This document shows positions 19,901 through 28,132 of a stretch of 64,000 nucleotides of DNA, piece by piece. The stretch covers positions 32,001-96,000 of the IMG/VR virus record IMGVR_UViG_3300030101_003608. One strand, given 5' to 3'. This DNA is from a virus. The stretch's first letter is position 1. Each line of letters begins with the position of its first letter. The notes beneath the pieces are model-generated. The model had not been told where the DNA came from. It did not search any database and was given only the letters and a program-made list of their open reading frames with translations. The translations under genes and the position numbers were made by a program.

Positions 19901-22485
19901 ACTAAACCGTTTCCACCAGCTATAACATCAGTAAAAAATCCACCACCGTTAATATATCCAGGTAATGCCGTATTCATATATGTTCCTAATGATACATTAC
20001 CTGCTACTAAACCTGTCAAACCACCAGGAAGAGCTGGAGGTCCAGGGGGAGGCCCTCCAGGATCTGGAAATGATAGACCTGTTGTACTACTTCCTGCCAT
20101 TACAGGATATCTAGGAACAGTATAATTTACTTCTGGATAGTTTATATTAAGCTCTCCCGTTACATTTAGAATTACATTAATTAAACCGCCTAATATAGTA
20201 ATAAGCAATATTTCATTTCCAAGCAATTTAAACTCTGGATGTTTTTCTGGTTCAATAAACTGTTGAACAGCTTTACCTTTTAAAAACCCATAAACTTTTA
20301 ATTCAGATGCGGTAAGAGCGGGATTATTATAACTTGTATCTGGTGAATGAAATGATTGTATGTCTATAGGAATATTTTGAGCTATTCTTTTACCATCCTT
20401 TGCAGCATCTGAGGGTACAGCTCTTCTAAGCATGAAAGGATCATTATATAAATAATCAGCACGACCTGTAAACACACCTTGATTAGCTCTAGGTATTAAA
20501 CAGTTATATGGATAGTTTGCATAAAGACCTAGTGTAGGCGTATTATCAATACTTTCTGGGCTTCCCTTTATGCTATAGTTTCTAAAGTTATTTATCATAC
20601 CTTTAGCTAGAATAGTTTTATTACCATTTCTAGAACCTCTTAAAATTTCATATCCAACTACATTAGGAATATCATTACCATCATTATCTTTTGGCATAAT
20701 GATATTCTTAAATCTTACTCCCATAAGTCTAATCTTAAACTGCCCGTCACTATTCTTTTTAAAGTGATAAGTAGATTCTGTTAAATCATTATCTGGAAAC
20801 CTATGATGTCTTATAGGTTTTCCACATAAATCAAATCTACGACTAGGAGCATTAGGAGGATCATTAGTGGGTGGTAGAGGTACACCTGTCCAACACTGAG
20901 AACTAGAGTTCCATATTTCAGGTTGGTTATCAGGATAGAATTCACTTGACTGCCAGTAACCCATTTTACCAGCTGCAATTATTTGACCACCATCCTCTAA
21001 TGGTTCTATAGCTGATGAAGTTTGTGTGGCTGTATTTAGTACATGAAAGATTTGATTGTCTTCATATAATGGAGTTGTACCTACACTGTTCTGATCATCA
21101 AGAGTAGCTATGTCTGTTGTTGATACACCTGCCGGAGTTACATAATCTCCCGGAGGTCTACCCGGAATATGATATGATGCAGACTTATCCCCTGTATCAT
21201 ATACCCATCTTATGAAGAATGCATATATCTCATCTCTTAAATAACCTGCATTCTTTCCTCCATCTGTATAATACTTTTCATCATATTCTACAGATACCCA
21301 TTCTGCCTCAATTAAATTTGCTAAAGGTTGATAATTAAAATTAAATTTAGAAGTAGGTCCGATTCTTAATAGATAGTTGTTTGCAGAAAGCATTTGCTCT
21401 GATTTTTCAAACACATAATCTCTATTTAAAATGGTTAATTTATCTACGGGTTCAAACTGATCATTAAATAAATCTACTATAACTCTTTTTGTTTTAGTTG
21501 AGTAAAAACCTATAATTTTGTTATCTTCATTTTGATTAGTAAACCTTACAACAACTAATTCAAATTCATCAAAAGCTTCTTCATCTACATCAATTTCTAT
21601 ATCTAAAGATCCTCTTAAATCTGGATCATAATAAATAGGTTGAGGATGACCCACAGAAAAATAATTAGTTACCCTTACTTGATCTATAGTATATGCAATT
21701 GCTACTGCATAAGATCCATTAGGTAAGGATCCGGGTTGTTCTCCACGTTTAATATTAGTAGAAGGAGTTTTAAGCAATCTTGCTAATCTTAATTTATCAC
21801 AATCTACTTTATTTGAATCTGGGTAAGTTTCACATGGATCTGGAGTTAATGGATTTTGTAAATCTTTCTCCCAAATCACTCCTGGCCATAATACTTGAGT
21901 AGCTCCATTTGTGTAGTAATTTACTGTAGCTGAACCTGGTTGACCATTCATGTATGTAAAAGGTTCGTCAATCCAAAGTTTTGGATCTCCAATATTCATA
22001 TATCTATCAGGGTTAAAATTGTCAGCCCAATATACTTGCCATGAACAATTATCTAATAATCTAGATGCTCCTGTAATTAAATATAACTTATCAAAGTTTA
22101 AACATTTATCATTTACTATAACTCTATATCTACAAGGATCTTCTTCAAATAATCCTATTTCAGATGCTATTACATTTGAACCTAGGGCATCATACTGTAC
22201 ACTGTATATTACCCACTTATCGCTATATAAATGTATTGTACCAATAATATCTTTATTAGTACCTGTAGATGCAAACATTGCTTTAGCACATAAAGCATTT
22301 GACTCTTCATTAGAAACAGTTCCTAAATCTCCACTAGATGTATTATTGCTAGCATTTCTAGCATGTGTCCACATTCCAGCTTTTACAAAAGAAGGATCAG
22401 AATCTTTATTTAACCCTTTAATAAAAGTATTAGTTTGGACATTTCCTGTATTAGGAGTTTTTCCTTGTTTCCTTTGTTTAGCCAT
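16918..22485 (-). CDS. Tail stabilization/muzzle protein (P22 gp10-like in crAss-like phages), 1855 aa
   Basis: N-terminal NTFIKGLNKD...WTHARNA, beta-rich body, C-terminal WTVSYDP...WISFHDWNP; follows ring-protein genes. Confidence 0.7.
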   Translation of the reverse strand: MAKQRKQGKTPNTGNVQTNTFIKGLNKDSDPSFVKAGMWTHARNASNNTSSGDLGTVSNEESNALCAKAMFASTGTNKDIIGTIHLYSDKWVIYSVQYDALGSNVIASEIGLFEEDPCRYRVIVNDKCLNFDKLYLITGASRLLDNCSWQVYWADNFNPDRYMNIGDPKLWIDEPFTYMNGQPGSATVNYYTNGATQVLWPGVIWEKDLQNPLTPDPCETYPDSNKVDCDKLRLARLLKTPSTNIKRGEQPGSLPNGSYAVAIAYTIDQVRVTNYFSVGHPQPIYYDPDLRGSLDIEIDVDEEAFDEFELVVVRFTNQNEDNKIIGFYSTKTKRVIVDLFNDQFEPVDKLTILNRDYVFEKSEQMLSANNYLLRIGPTSKFNFNYQPLANLIEAEWVSVEYDEKYYTDGGKNAGYLRDEIYAFFIRWVYDTGDKSASYHIPGRPPGDYVTPAGVSTTDIATLDDQNSVGTTPLYEDNQIFHVLNTATQTSSAIEPLEDGGQIIAAGKMGYWQSSEFYPDNQPEIWNSSSQCWTGVPLPPTNDPPNAPSRRFDLCGKPIRHHRFPDNDLTESTYHFKKNSDGQFKIRLMGVRFKNIIMPKDNDGNDIPNVVGYEILRGSRNGNKTILAKGMINNFRNYSIKGSPESIDNTPTLGLYANYPYNCLIPRANQGVFTGRADYLYNDPFMLRRAVPSDAAKDGKRIAQNIPIDIQSFHSPDTSYNNPALTASELKVYGFLKGKAVQQFIEPEKHPEFKLLGNEILLITILGGLINVILNVTGELNINYPEVNYTVPRYPVMAGSSTTGLSFPDPGGPPPGPPALPGGLTGLVAGNVSLGTYMNTALPGYINGGGFFTDVIAGGNGLVTAQTAASNAISGATGQLTLPGYDKTYTAYQLLPAIFTNANAIGNLIPGFTMLGQSVYYFAEGAKDTVDVLYSIVRTRQYALQGIGHGEYTKFRPSNSNENWDNVNRFRLPVGSYVKDQVFQFPTYQAQNYNYSFPYSTYNGEVNYRINNLLRPELVVLRTTDDDENPDGPNFLTTGVAGINFQFIKSVDQSSMTLGLVQKDIGLGWKDLFLDGEAFRENNKSNEFETIIASHYVGLKYTFRNLYRQLGSIIQVMTTPHEQRIDFRENLPDPNTIQISSLPNVCGSLSFEHTKIKTTPAFFGGDTYVTRHTEKTMMPFFYEWLYDKPDNTRFNYFRRQMIPEPRFMVNSNRWDISDLNFDNLLNIFQAGSSGVGEGLFPRSYYNLDAPPPFGYDEAFNFVTRYPGLIGVKNSYFYTSVSGIKDFFVESEVITDWRFAGRSAEEKSYNKWLFTDLQQLFSQNPAIFTKGNFFRYDYSLSASRFLFSQYYNNGALQGTNYDPETAELCYTSFPNRIQYSKPLQEHEAYDSWLMFLALNKVDFKSELNTVKTFGKTGLLVTFKNNSPLVFQGVDQRETYLGVKATIGDGGLFATTPQNVVVSDQPYQYGSCQDIYSVISTPAGIYFISQEQGKIFAYTGKLEEISQTGMKWWFDKFLPFKLLEEFPNYPHTNNPVAGIGCSATYDNSNSVLYFSKRDFMVKKEFVGILDFDPSTNRFKLKDQVNYTITLGDSRFFKDASWTVSYDPKNKLWISFHDWNPGLYIPSKGHFLTTKKDGIWKHNSACNDYCNFYGVQYPFEIEIPVPTGQTVTTMRSIEYVLECYRKDIQLCSDQFHVLDYNFNKAIISNSEQASGILNLNIFPKNNVALSQTYPKLGSNLASFDILFSKEENKYRFNQFWDITKDRGEFPQGSDYPPTGPLIPGTTELLGSYPQNNIWITEPNGYVKNLNDFNLNYSKPLLQRKKFRHYLNFVKLIRDDSRNTNMILKIVNTKSQLSQR

Positions 22486-23512
22486 TGCTGTGAATATTAT
22501 GTCTTACACGTCTATTAATTAAATTTGGAGAATGAGAACTAAACATGTTGTAATACCTAGCATACATTGCTTTTCTATTAGCATTTGTTATTTCTTTTAA
22601 CTCTCTAAAGTTAGGTGTATTAACTACGCTTAATGCATTATTTCTAGCGCCTCTCAATCTTTGTTCAACAAGTTGCATTCTTTGAGCAACATCTTCACCA
22701 TTCATATAAAGATTTTCAAGAATTCTAGATTTAAATGCATATTCATAATATTCATTTATTAGATCATGATCAGGTACTAGCAAGTTACCTTCTTCATCTT
22801 CCATCTGACCTTGGTAGTTTAAATATACTTTACCTGTTTTAAAGTTTGTAAAAAGAAATCCATGTTTAATCCAACCTTCATTTTCAGTATTATGATATAA
22901 GTTGGGACACTCACAATCAATATTCTGACTAGCCTTCATTTTCAAAGGAAGCAGTTGTTTATATAGTAAAGTTTCTGAAGCATTAATTACTTGAATTAAT
23001 TCATAAGATTCTCCCTTACAGTTCATAAAAACTCTAGGTTTTACATTAGCATCTCCATAAGGTTTATTAGGATTATTAACCAAACACGTGCCTTCATTAC
23101 CTTTATCATCGCAACAAGGTGTTGGTTCATTTGTATCACAAGGATCAGGAACATCTTTTGGAAAGTCATCATATGTTACAGGAAGAGTGCCTGTTGTAAT
23201 TGGTACTTCTATCATAGTAGTTCCCCCAGCTATACCATCATAACCAATTTTTCTTTCATAGTCTCCGCAAATTAATGCATAGTTGAATGTATAAAAGTCA
23301 TCAGGTAGTTTTACTTTACCATGACAAACATCAAGTATAACCTCTTTTTGTTGATTAATTCTAAGCCCTAAATCATAATTAAGTTTTTTAGCAAGCTTAA
23401 TTAGCTGCTGCGGCTCAATCATATTTTCTAAAGCTAATGAACTTAAATCTACAGTTACATCTTCTAAAAGTTGATCAAAGGTTCTATATTTTAAAGTATA
23501 GTTATAATCCAT
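22478..23512 (-). CDS. Tail tubular/ring protein (P22 gp4-like), 344 aa
   Basis: KVKLPDDFY...GKVYLNYQG...DEEGNLLVPD pattern; synteny with the muzzle gene. Confidence 0.6.
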   Translation of the reverse strand: MDYNYTLKYRTFDQLLEDVTVDLSSLALENMIEPQQLIKLAKKLNYDLGLRINQQKEVILDVCHGKVKLPDDFYTFNYALICGDYERKIGYDGIAGGTTMIEVPITTGTLPVTYDDFPKDVPDPCDTNEPTPCCDDKGNEGTCLVNNPNKPYGDANVKPRVFMNCKGESYELIQVINASETLLYKQLLPLKMKASQNIDCECPNLYHNTENEGWIKHGFLFTNFKTGKVYLNYQGQMEDEEGNLLVPDHDLINEYYEYAFKSRILENLYMNGEDVAQRMQLVEQRLRGARNNALSVVNTPNFRELKEITNANRKAMYARYYNMFSSHSPNLINRRVRHNIHSNG

Positions 23513-24177
23513 TATCTAAGTGTATTTTGTCCATCATCCTGTCCATCTGTAGGAACTTGCATGGTCATGGTTAATTCTTTTACTACGTATTGTTCTATTT
23601 CAGAAAATAAATAGTCTGGTATATTTAATGATTGGTCTTGACGTATAATGCACTTATCAGAGTCACATGTTTCAACATCATTCTCAAATATTGCTTCAAT
23701 TTTAACTGCATCCCATTCTAAGTTAGGAAAGTATAGATAGCCGTCAAGAAACCAAAAGTATTGTCTTTTATTATATTTAAAAGTTGTAGTTTTAGTCATA
23801 GAAACAAAAGTACCGGGATCAGTTCTAAATAATTCTTTAGAACCGTCAATTGAAGATACTGTTCTAAATATAGGTCCCTGTATACCAGTTAAAAGATTTG
23901 GAAGCTTTTCTTTTGTTCTTTTAAAATAACATCCTGAGTATACCCCATAACAAGCAGCATCTACCTTATCTACTTCAATAAGTTCAACATAAGGCATTGT
24001 TTTAAAAATATTGCTAATCTTCATTAACCTAAGTTGGTTATCTTCTCTCTTCATAAGAGACTGACCGTATTTAAGAATAGAATAGTAAATAGTTCTATCA
24101 GTTAAGAAAGGATCTTCCTTAACAGCTTTAAGAGTATTTCTTACTCTAGATATTGCTTCTCCAACTGTTGTGCTCAT
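23512..24177 (-). CDS. Putative ring/neck structural protein, 221 aa
   Basis: Synteny in tail block; translationally coupled overlaps. Confidence 0.5.
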   Translation of the reverse strand: MSTTVGEAISRVRNTLKAVKEDPFLTDRTIYYSILKYGQSLMKREDNQLRLMKISNIFKTMPYVELIEVDKVDAACYGVYSGCYFKRTKEKLPNLLTGIQGPIFRTVSSIDGSKELFRTDPGTFVSMTKTTTFKYNKRQYFWFLDGYLYFPNLEWDAVKIEAIFENDVETCDSDKCIIRQDQSLNIPDYLFSEIEQYVVKELTMTMQVPTDGQDDGQNTLR

Positions 24178-24755
24178 AAGTCAAATTCATTATAGTCCTT
24201 TAAAGCATGTTCTTGCTTTTTTAATCTTATTTCATTAGCTACTTTTTTACCAAAAGCAAATTTTAATTTTTGTCTTGGATCAACTACTATATAGTTGTTC
24301 CAGTTTTCTGGATATGTTTTAGCAACTGCTCTTTTAAATTCTCTACAAGCTATGAATCCCCAAAACTCTCTATTTCTAAATTTATGTTTTATTTCACGGT
24401 TTGTAAAAAAAATCTTAGCTAGCTTACCATCACTGTCCCAATTTTTATTTGAAACCTTAACACCGTATTTTCTAGATTTAGCGTAATCAACATTTTTCTT
24501 TTTACTAGCTTGACAAGTTCCTATAAAAAGCCAACCTAATGACTCAGGTAGTTCTACACCATTTCTATTATCAATCACTGTTTCAAAAGCCAATTTATTA
24601 AAAGATTTAATAATTGATCTTATTTCTTTATCCTTTAATTTATTATACCTAGGATATTTTTCTCTAAATCTGTCAAAGAACTCTTTATTTAGAACTTCAT
24701 AAGTGTCTGCTCTAAATCTAGGAGCCTGTAAGTTTGGTGTTTTAAATGGTTCCAT
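24174..24755 (-). CDS. HU/IHF-like DNA-binding protein, 193 aa
   Basis: Basic; helix then IIKSFN...VIDNRNGVELPESLGWLFI, like the HU/IHF core; IHF-like genes occur in crAss-like tail modules. Confidence 0.55.
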   Translation of the reverse strand: MEPFKTPNLQAPRFRADTYEVLNKEFFDRFREKYPRYNKLKDKEIRSIIKSFNKLAFETVIDNRNGVELPESLGWLFIGTCQASKKKNVDYAKSRKYGVKVSNKNWDSDGKLAKIFFTNREIKHKFRNREFWGFIACREFKRAVAKTYPENWNNYIVVDPRQKLKFAFGKKVANEIRLKKQEHALKDYNEFDL

Positions 24756-24811
24756 ACTATGTAAATAATATACTAAAAATTAATGAGATTAGCAAGTATA
24801 ACAAATATAGT

Positions 24812-24848
24812 AAAAAAAGAAAACCCCCACTAGTGTGAGGGCTTTCTT
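24812..24848 (-). terminator. Intrinsic terminator after the 499-aa fibre gene
   Basis: Imperfect GC-containing hairpin followed by a U-run on the minus strand. Confidence 0.6.
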
Positions 24849-24888
24849 GTTGTTAGCCACAGAAACCAACAAACCTGCGACAGTTTTA

Positions 24889-26388
24889 TTATCCTATAAC
24901 TAATAAGTCAGTTACATTTCTAGTAGGATGATCTATTGTAAAAGTTGTAGAATTTACCAAAGCTATAAGTAAACCTTCTGTTACATCATTTAAACCATCA
25001 AAGGCTCTTATTTGAACATAAGTCTCACCAACACCGTGAGTAATAGAAAGTGGAGTAACGGTTCCAGCAGTCCAACCAACACCAGATAGCAGTTGTCTTT
25101 GTACATCAGCAACTATAGTAACAGAAACTGCATCACTACTAAGACTAATACCATCACCAGCAGTAAGACCTTTATTTGCCAACGCAGGTCCTGTACCATC
25201 ATTTACTAAAGTTTCAGTACCTCCAGCTGAAGTTAATGCTACACTTGTTGCTGGAGAAGTATTTTCAATTTCCAAAGTATCCGTTGCAGGATCTATTGTA
25301 GTTGTAATACCACCTGCCCCAATAACATTTAAAATATCAGTGTCAGTATCAGCATCTACAGCACCAACATCACCAACAAACCTTGTCCATACATTTTGAT
25401 CAACATTTGGAAGCGTGTTTTCAATTTTTAAAGTATCTGTTAGTGGGTCTATTGTAGTTTGAATACCACCTCCATTTCCAACAACAGCTAAGACATCATT
25501 AGTAGTATCAGCATTTACTAAAGTACCATCATCAGCAGTAAATCTTGTCCATACATTTTTACTATTTACCAATGGACTAGCTGCAGTACCATCACCGCTA
25601 AGACCAGAAGCAGAATCTATTGATAAACCTGCAAATGAAATTCTAATCGCATCTGTACTAGGAACGGTGCTTCCATTTAAATAGATTGCTTCACCTGCTA
25701 CAAAGTTTAATGTATCTCCAGGAGCCTCTGCAGTTTGAAGATCTGTAGGATTATTATTTGGTCCCCATGTAAATCCTGCATCTGGATTAATTTTAGCAGT
25801 TACAAAATTATTTTGGTGAGTAACTGTACCAGTTGTAAATGCTGCACCCGTTACATGACCAAATGTATCAAAACTAAAACTAGCAGCTTGTAAAAAGGTA
25901 TTACCTGTACCAGTAACAGCTAGTGGAGAAACCACAGTAGATGTATCTTGATGAGATATAGTTACTGTTCCTGCTCCAGTATCTACTGCTACATCAATTG
26001 CAGGTCCAGCTAATATTTTTGCTAAAATTTGATTAGTAATGATGGGAGCAAAGTATACTTCAAATTGAGCCATATCAGCAGATACAGTATAAGTTGTTAC
26101 ATCTGTAACAGGATCTGTTGTAGGAACTACATCAATAAACGTGCTACCCGCTACTACACTAGCAGGTGGTGCCACTTTACTACATACATAGTTTACTAAT
26201 TTTGTGATAGCCTCATCTAAATAATCATTTCTAGAAATTACAGTATCTCCATCACACGTTAAATCTACTCCTGTATAAACAATGCATTGCATGTTAAACA
26301 CTTCAGAGCAGGCTGGTGGACACGTTACTGAAACCACATGAGTTCCAGAGCATCCACAACTAGGGGTATTACAATTTGTACAAGCCAT
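24889..26388 (-). CDS. Putative tail/head fibre protein, 499 aa, Cys-rich N-terminus, internal duplicated repeat
   Basis: CxxC...CxC N-terminus, CIVYTG motif; repeated NVWTRF..D.G.V.ADT..D.L.V.G.GGI.T.IDP.TDTL.IENT; T/G/A/V-rich. Confidence 0.6.
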   Translation of the reverse strand: MACTNCNTPSCGCSGTHVVSVTCPPACSEVFNMQCIVYTGVDLTCDGDTVISRNDYLDEAITKLVNYVCSKVAPPASVVAGSTFIDVVPTTDPVTDVTTYTVSADMAQFEVYFAPIITNQILAKILAGPAIDVAVDTGAGTVTISHQDTSTVVSPLAVTGTGNTFLQAASFSFDTFGHVTGAAFTTGTVTHQNNFVTAKINPDAGFTWGPNNNPTDLQTAEAPGDTLNFVAGEAIYLNGSTVPSTDAIRISFAGLSIDSASGLSGDGTAASPLVNSKNVWTRFTADDGTLVNADTTNDVLAVVGNGGGIQTTIDPLTDTLKIENTLPNVDQNVWTRFVGDVGAVDADTDTDILNVIGAGGITTTIDPATDTLEIENTSPATSVALTSAGGTETLVNDGTGPALANKGLTAGDGISLSSDAVSVTIVADVQRQLLSGVGWTAGTVTPLSITHGVGETYVQIRAFDGLNDVTEGLLIALVNSTTFTIDHPTRNVTDLLVIG

Positions 26389-26435
26389 TTTATTTTTATT
26401 TTAATTTATATATATAATTTTTAATTTTTTACTTT

Positions 26436-28100
26436 TTAATAACATGTAGTCTCTACAATGTCTGCATCACAAGCTAAAAATGCAGTTAAACCTTCTATAG
26501 TTGCAAAAAATCCTCCTAAGTTACCAGAGTCTCCTGCATCACATGTAAAAGGCCATGTATAATCTGATCCATCAAAGTCAGTTTCTCCAACAAGGTTATT
26601 TGCACCTGCTGCTGGGAAGTTATGAATATCAGTATCAGTATTAATATAATTAGGAATACTTTCTCCTGATCTAACATTACTTGTTATAAATCTTAGATGA
26701 GAGCCTCCTATAACTCCTGTAGCAGAAGAAATTTGTTCTTGATCTCTTAGAGATGCAATATACAATACACCTGCTTCTGTTATTGCTATTCTAGATGCAG
26801 CTGTTAAAGAAGTACCTACTGTTCCTGTAATTATAATAGGTCTATTTAATACAGCAGGATAAGGCATTCTATAATCAGCATCTAAATTATTTGTTGTTAC
26901 TGCTGTAGGTATTACACTTAATCCACCATTAAACGAAATTACTCCACCAGTACTAATTGATACTGCACCTGCTCCACTAGTTCCTGGAATACAAGTTGGT
27001 ATATTATTATAATCAGAATAACTAGATAATCCATGAATACCTCCTGCACCATTATCAAGTGGCACAAAAACATACCCTCTAAAGTGAAGAACATTTCCTA
27101 TTCTTCTTACTTGAGGTTTAGTAGCTGTTCCAGAATAAAAATCAAACCCATTAAGATCTACCCAACCCGTATCCTTAACTTTTGCTGATATTTCTAAATC
27201 TGCTGTTATACTTAATTGTACAGTATTTGTCTCTTGAACAGTTACCGCTGTAGGTGGTAAACTTGCATAAATATCATAAATAGCTAACCATATGTTTGTT
27301 ATAGTATCTGATACTGTTCCTGGAGTTGTGACCCATGTTGGATATTGAGTTTGATAATTTGCAGCAGGATTAGTTAATGTAAGATCTGTATTTGCAATTG
27401 ATTGACTACCAATAGCAGTTGTTAATGAAGCTATAGTACCTGTTACTGTATAAAAATCACACCATAATGCATCAAAAAACTGTTCTAAAATCACCTGAAC
27501 CTCGCTATCTGTTGAAGCAGGTACTGTTCCAATATCACATTTTGACTGAAGTGTTAATGCGGGAAATGTAGGATCTGGTTTATTTTCTAAATTTGTTACT
27601 CTGATAGTTATGTCAGTAATTTGATCATTCATCAAACTTATTTCTGAAACAATGCTAGCAATTTTTTCACCCATTGTTACAGCATAATCTACTAACTGCA
27701 TTGTTTTTTGAGTACCTACCACAAATTCTTCAGGCACTGTTACTACACAATCTGGACAAGTTTCACTAGCACGAGCTATACTAAAAGTAGCTCCTTTAGA
27801 AGATGCAGTTGAAGAAGCAGTTGTTCCACTTTGAACTGCACAAAGCTGATCAATTATAAACTGAACTAAAGCTTGAAAGTCTTGGGGACCACAAGCTATT
27901 GTACTAAAACATGTTAAATCATAGTTAGAAACTTTTAATGTATCTAATACTGCGCAAAGCTCTGTAGCTAGTTTATGTACTACCTCAGAAACACTATCTC
28001 CAGTACATAAATTAATGCATGGAATGTCAGGTCCCTGCCAAACTATACAGTTTGAAGAGATAGGGCTACAAGGTTTATTATCTAAATTTAAAGGTTTCAT
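26436..28100 (-). CDS. Putative fibre protein, 554 aa
   Basis: N-terminal SSNCIVWQGPDIPC shared with neighbour; coiled coil; KDTGWVDL...PQVRRIGNVLHFRG fibre-tip-like motif. Confidence 0.6.
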   Translation of the reverse strand: MKPLNLDNKPCSPISSNCIVWQGPDIPCINLCTGDSVSEVVHKLATELCAVLDTLKVSNYDLTCFSTIACGPQDFQALVQFIIDQLCAVQSGTTASSTASSKGATFSIARASETCPDCVVTVPEEFVVGTQKTMQLVDYAVTMGEKIASIVSEISLMNDQITDITIRVTNLENKPDPTFPALTLQSKCDIGTVPASTDSEVQVILEQFFDALWCDFYTVTGTIASLTTAIGSQSIANTDLTLTNPAANYQTQYPTWVTTPGTVSDTITNIWLAIYDIYASLPPTAVTVQETNTVQLSITADLEISAKVKDTGWVDLNGFDFYSGTATKPQVRRIGNVLHFRGYVFVPLDNGAGGIHGLSSYSDYNNIPTCIPGTSGAGAVSISTGGVISFNGGLSVIPTAVTTNNLDADYRMPYPAVLNRPIIITGTVGTSLTAASRIAITEAGVLYIASLRDQEQISSATGVIGGSHLRFITSNVRSGESIPNYINTDTDIHNFPAAGANNLVGETDFDGSDYTWPFTCDAGDSGNLGGFFATIEGLTAFLACDADIVETTCY

Positions 28101-28132
28101 ATTTCTTGTTATTTATAATATACAAATTATTA

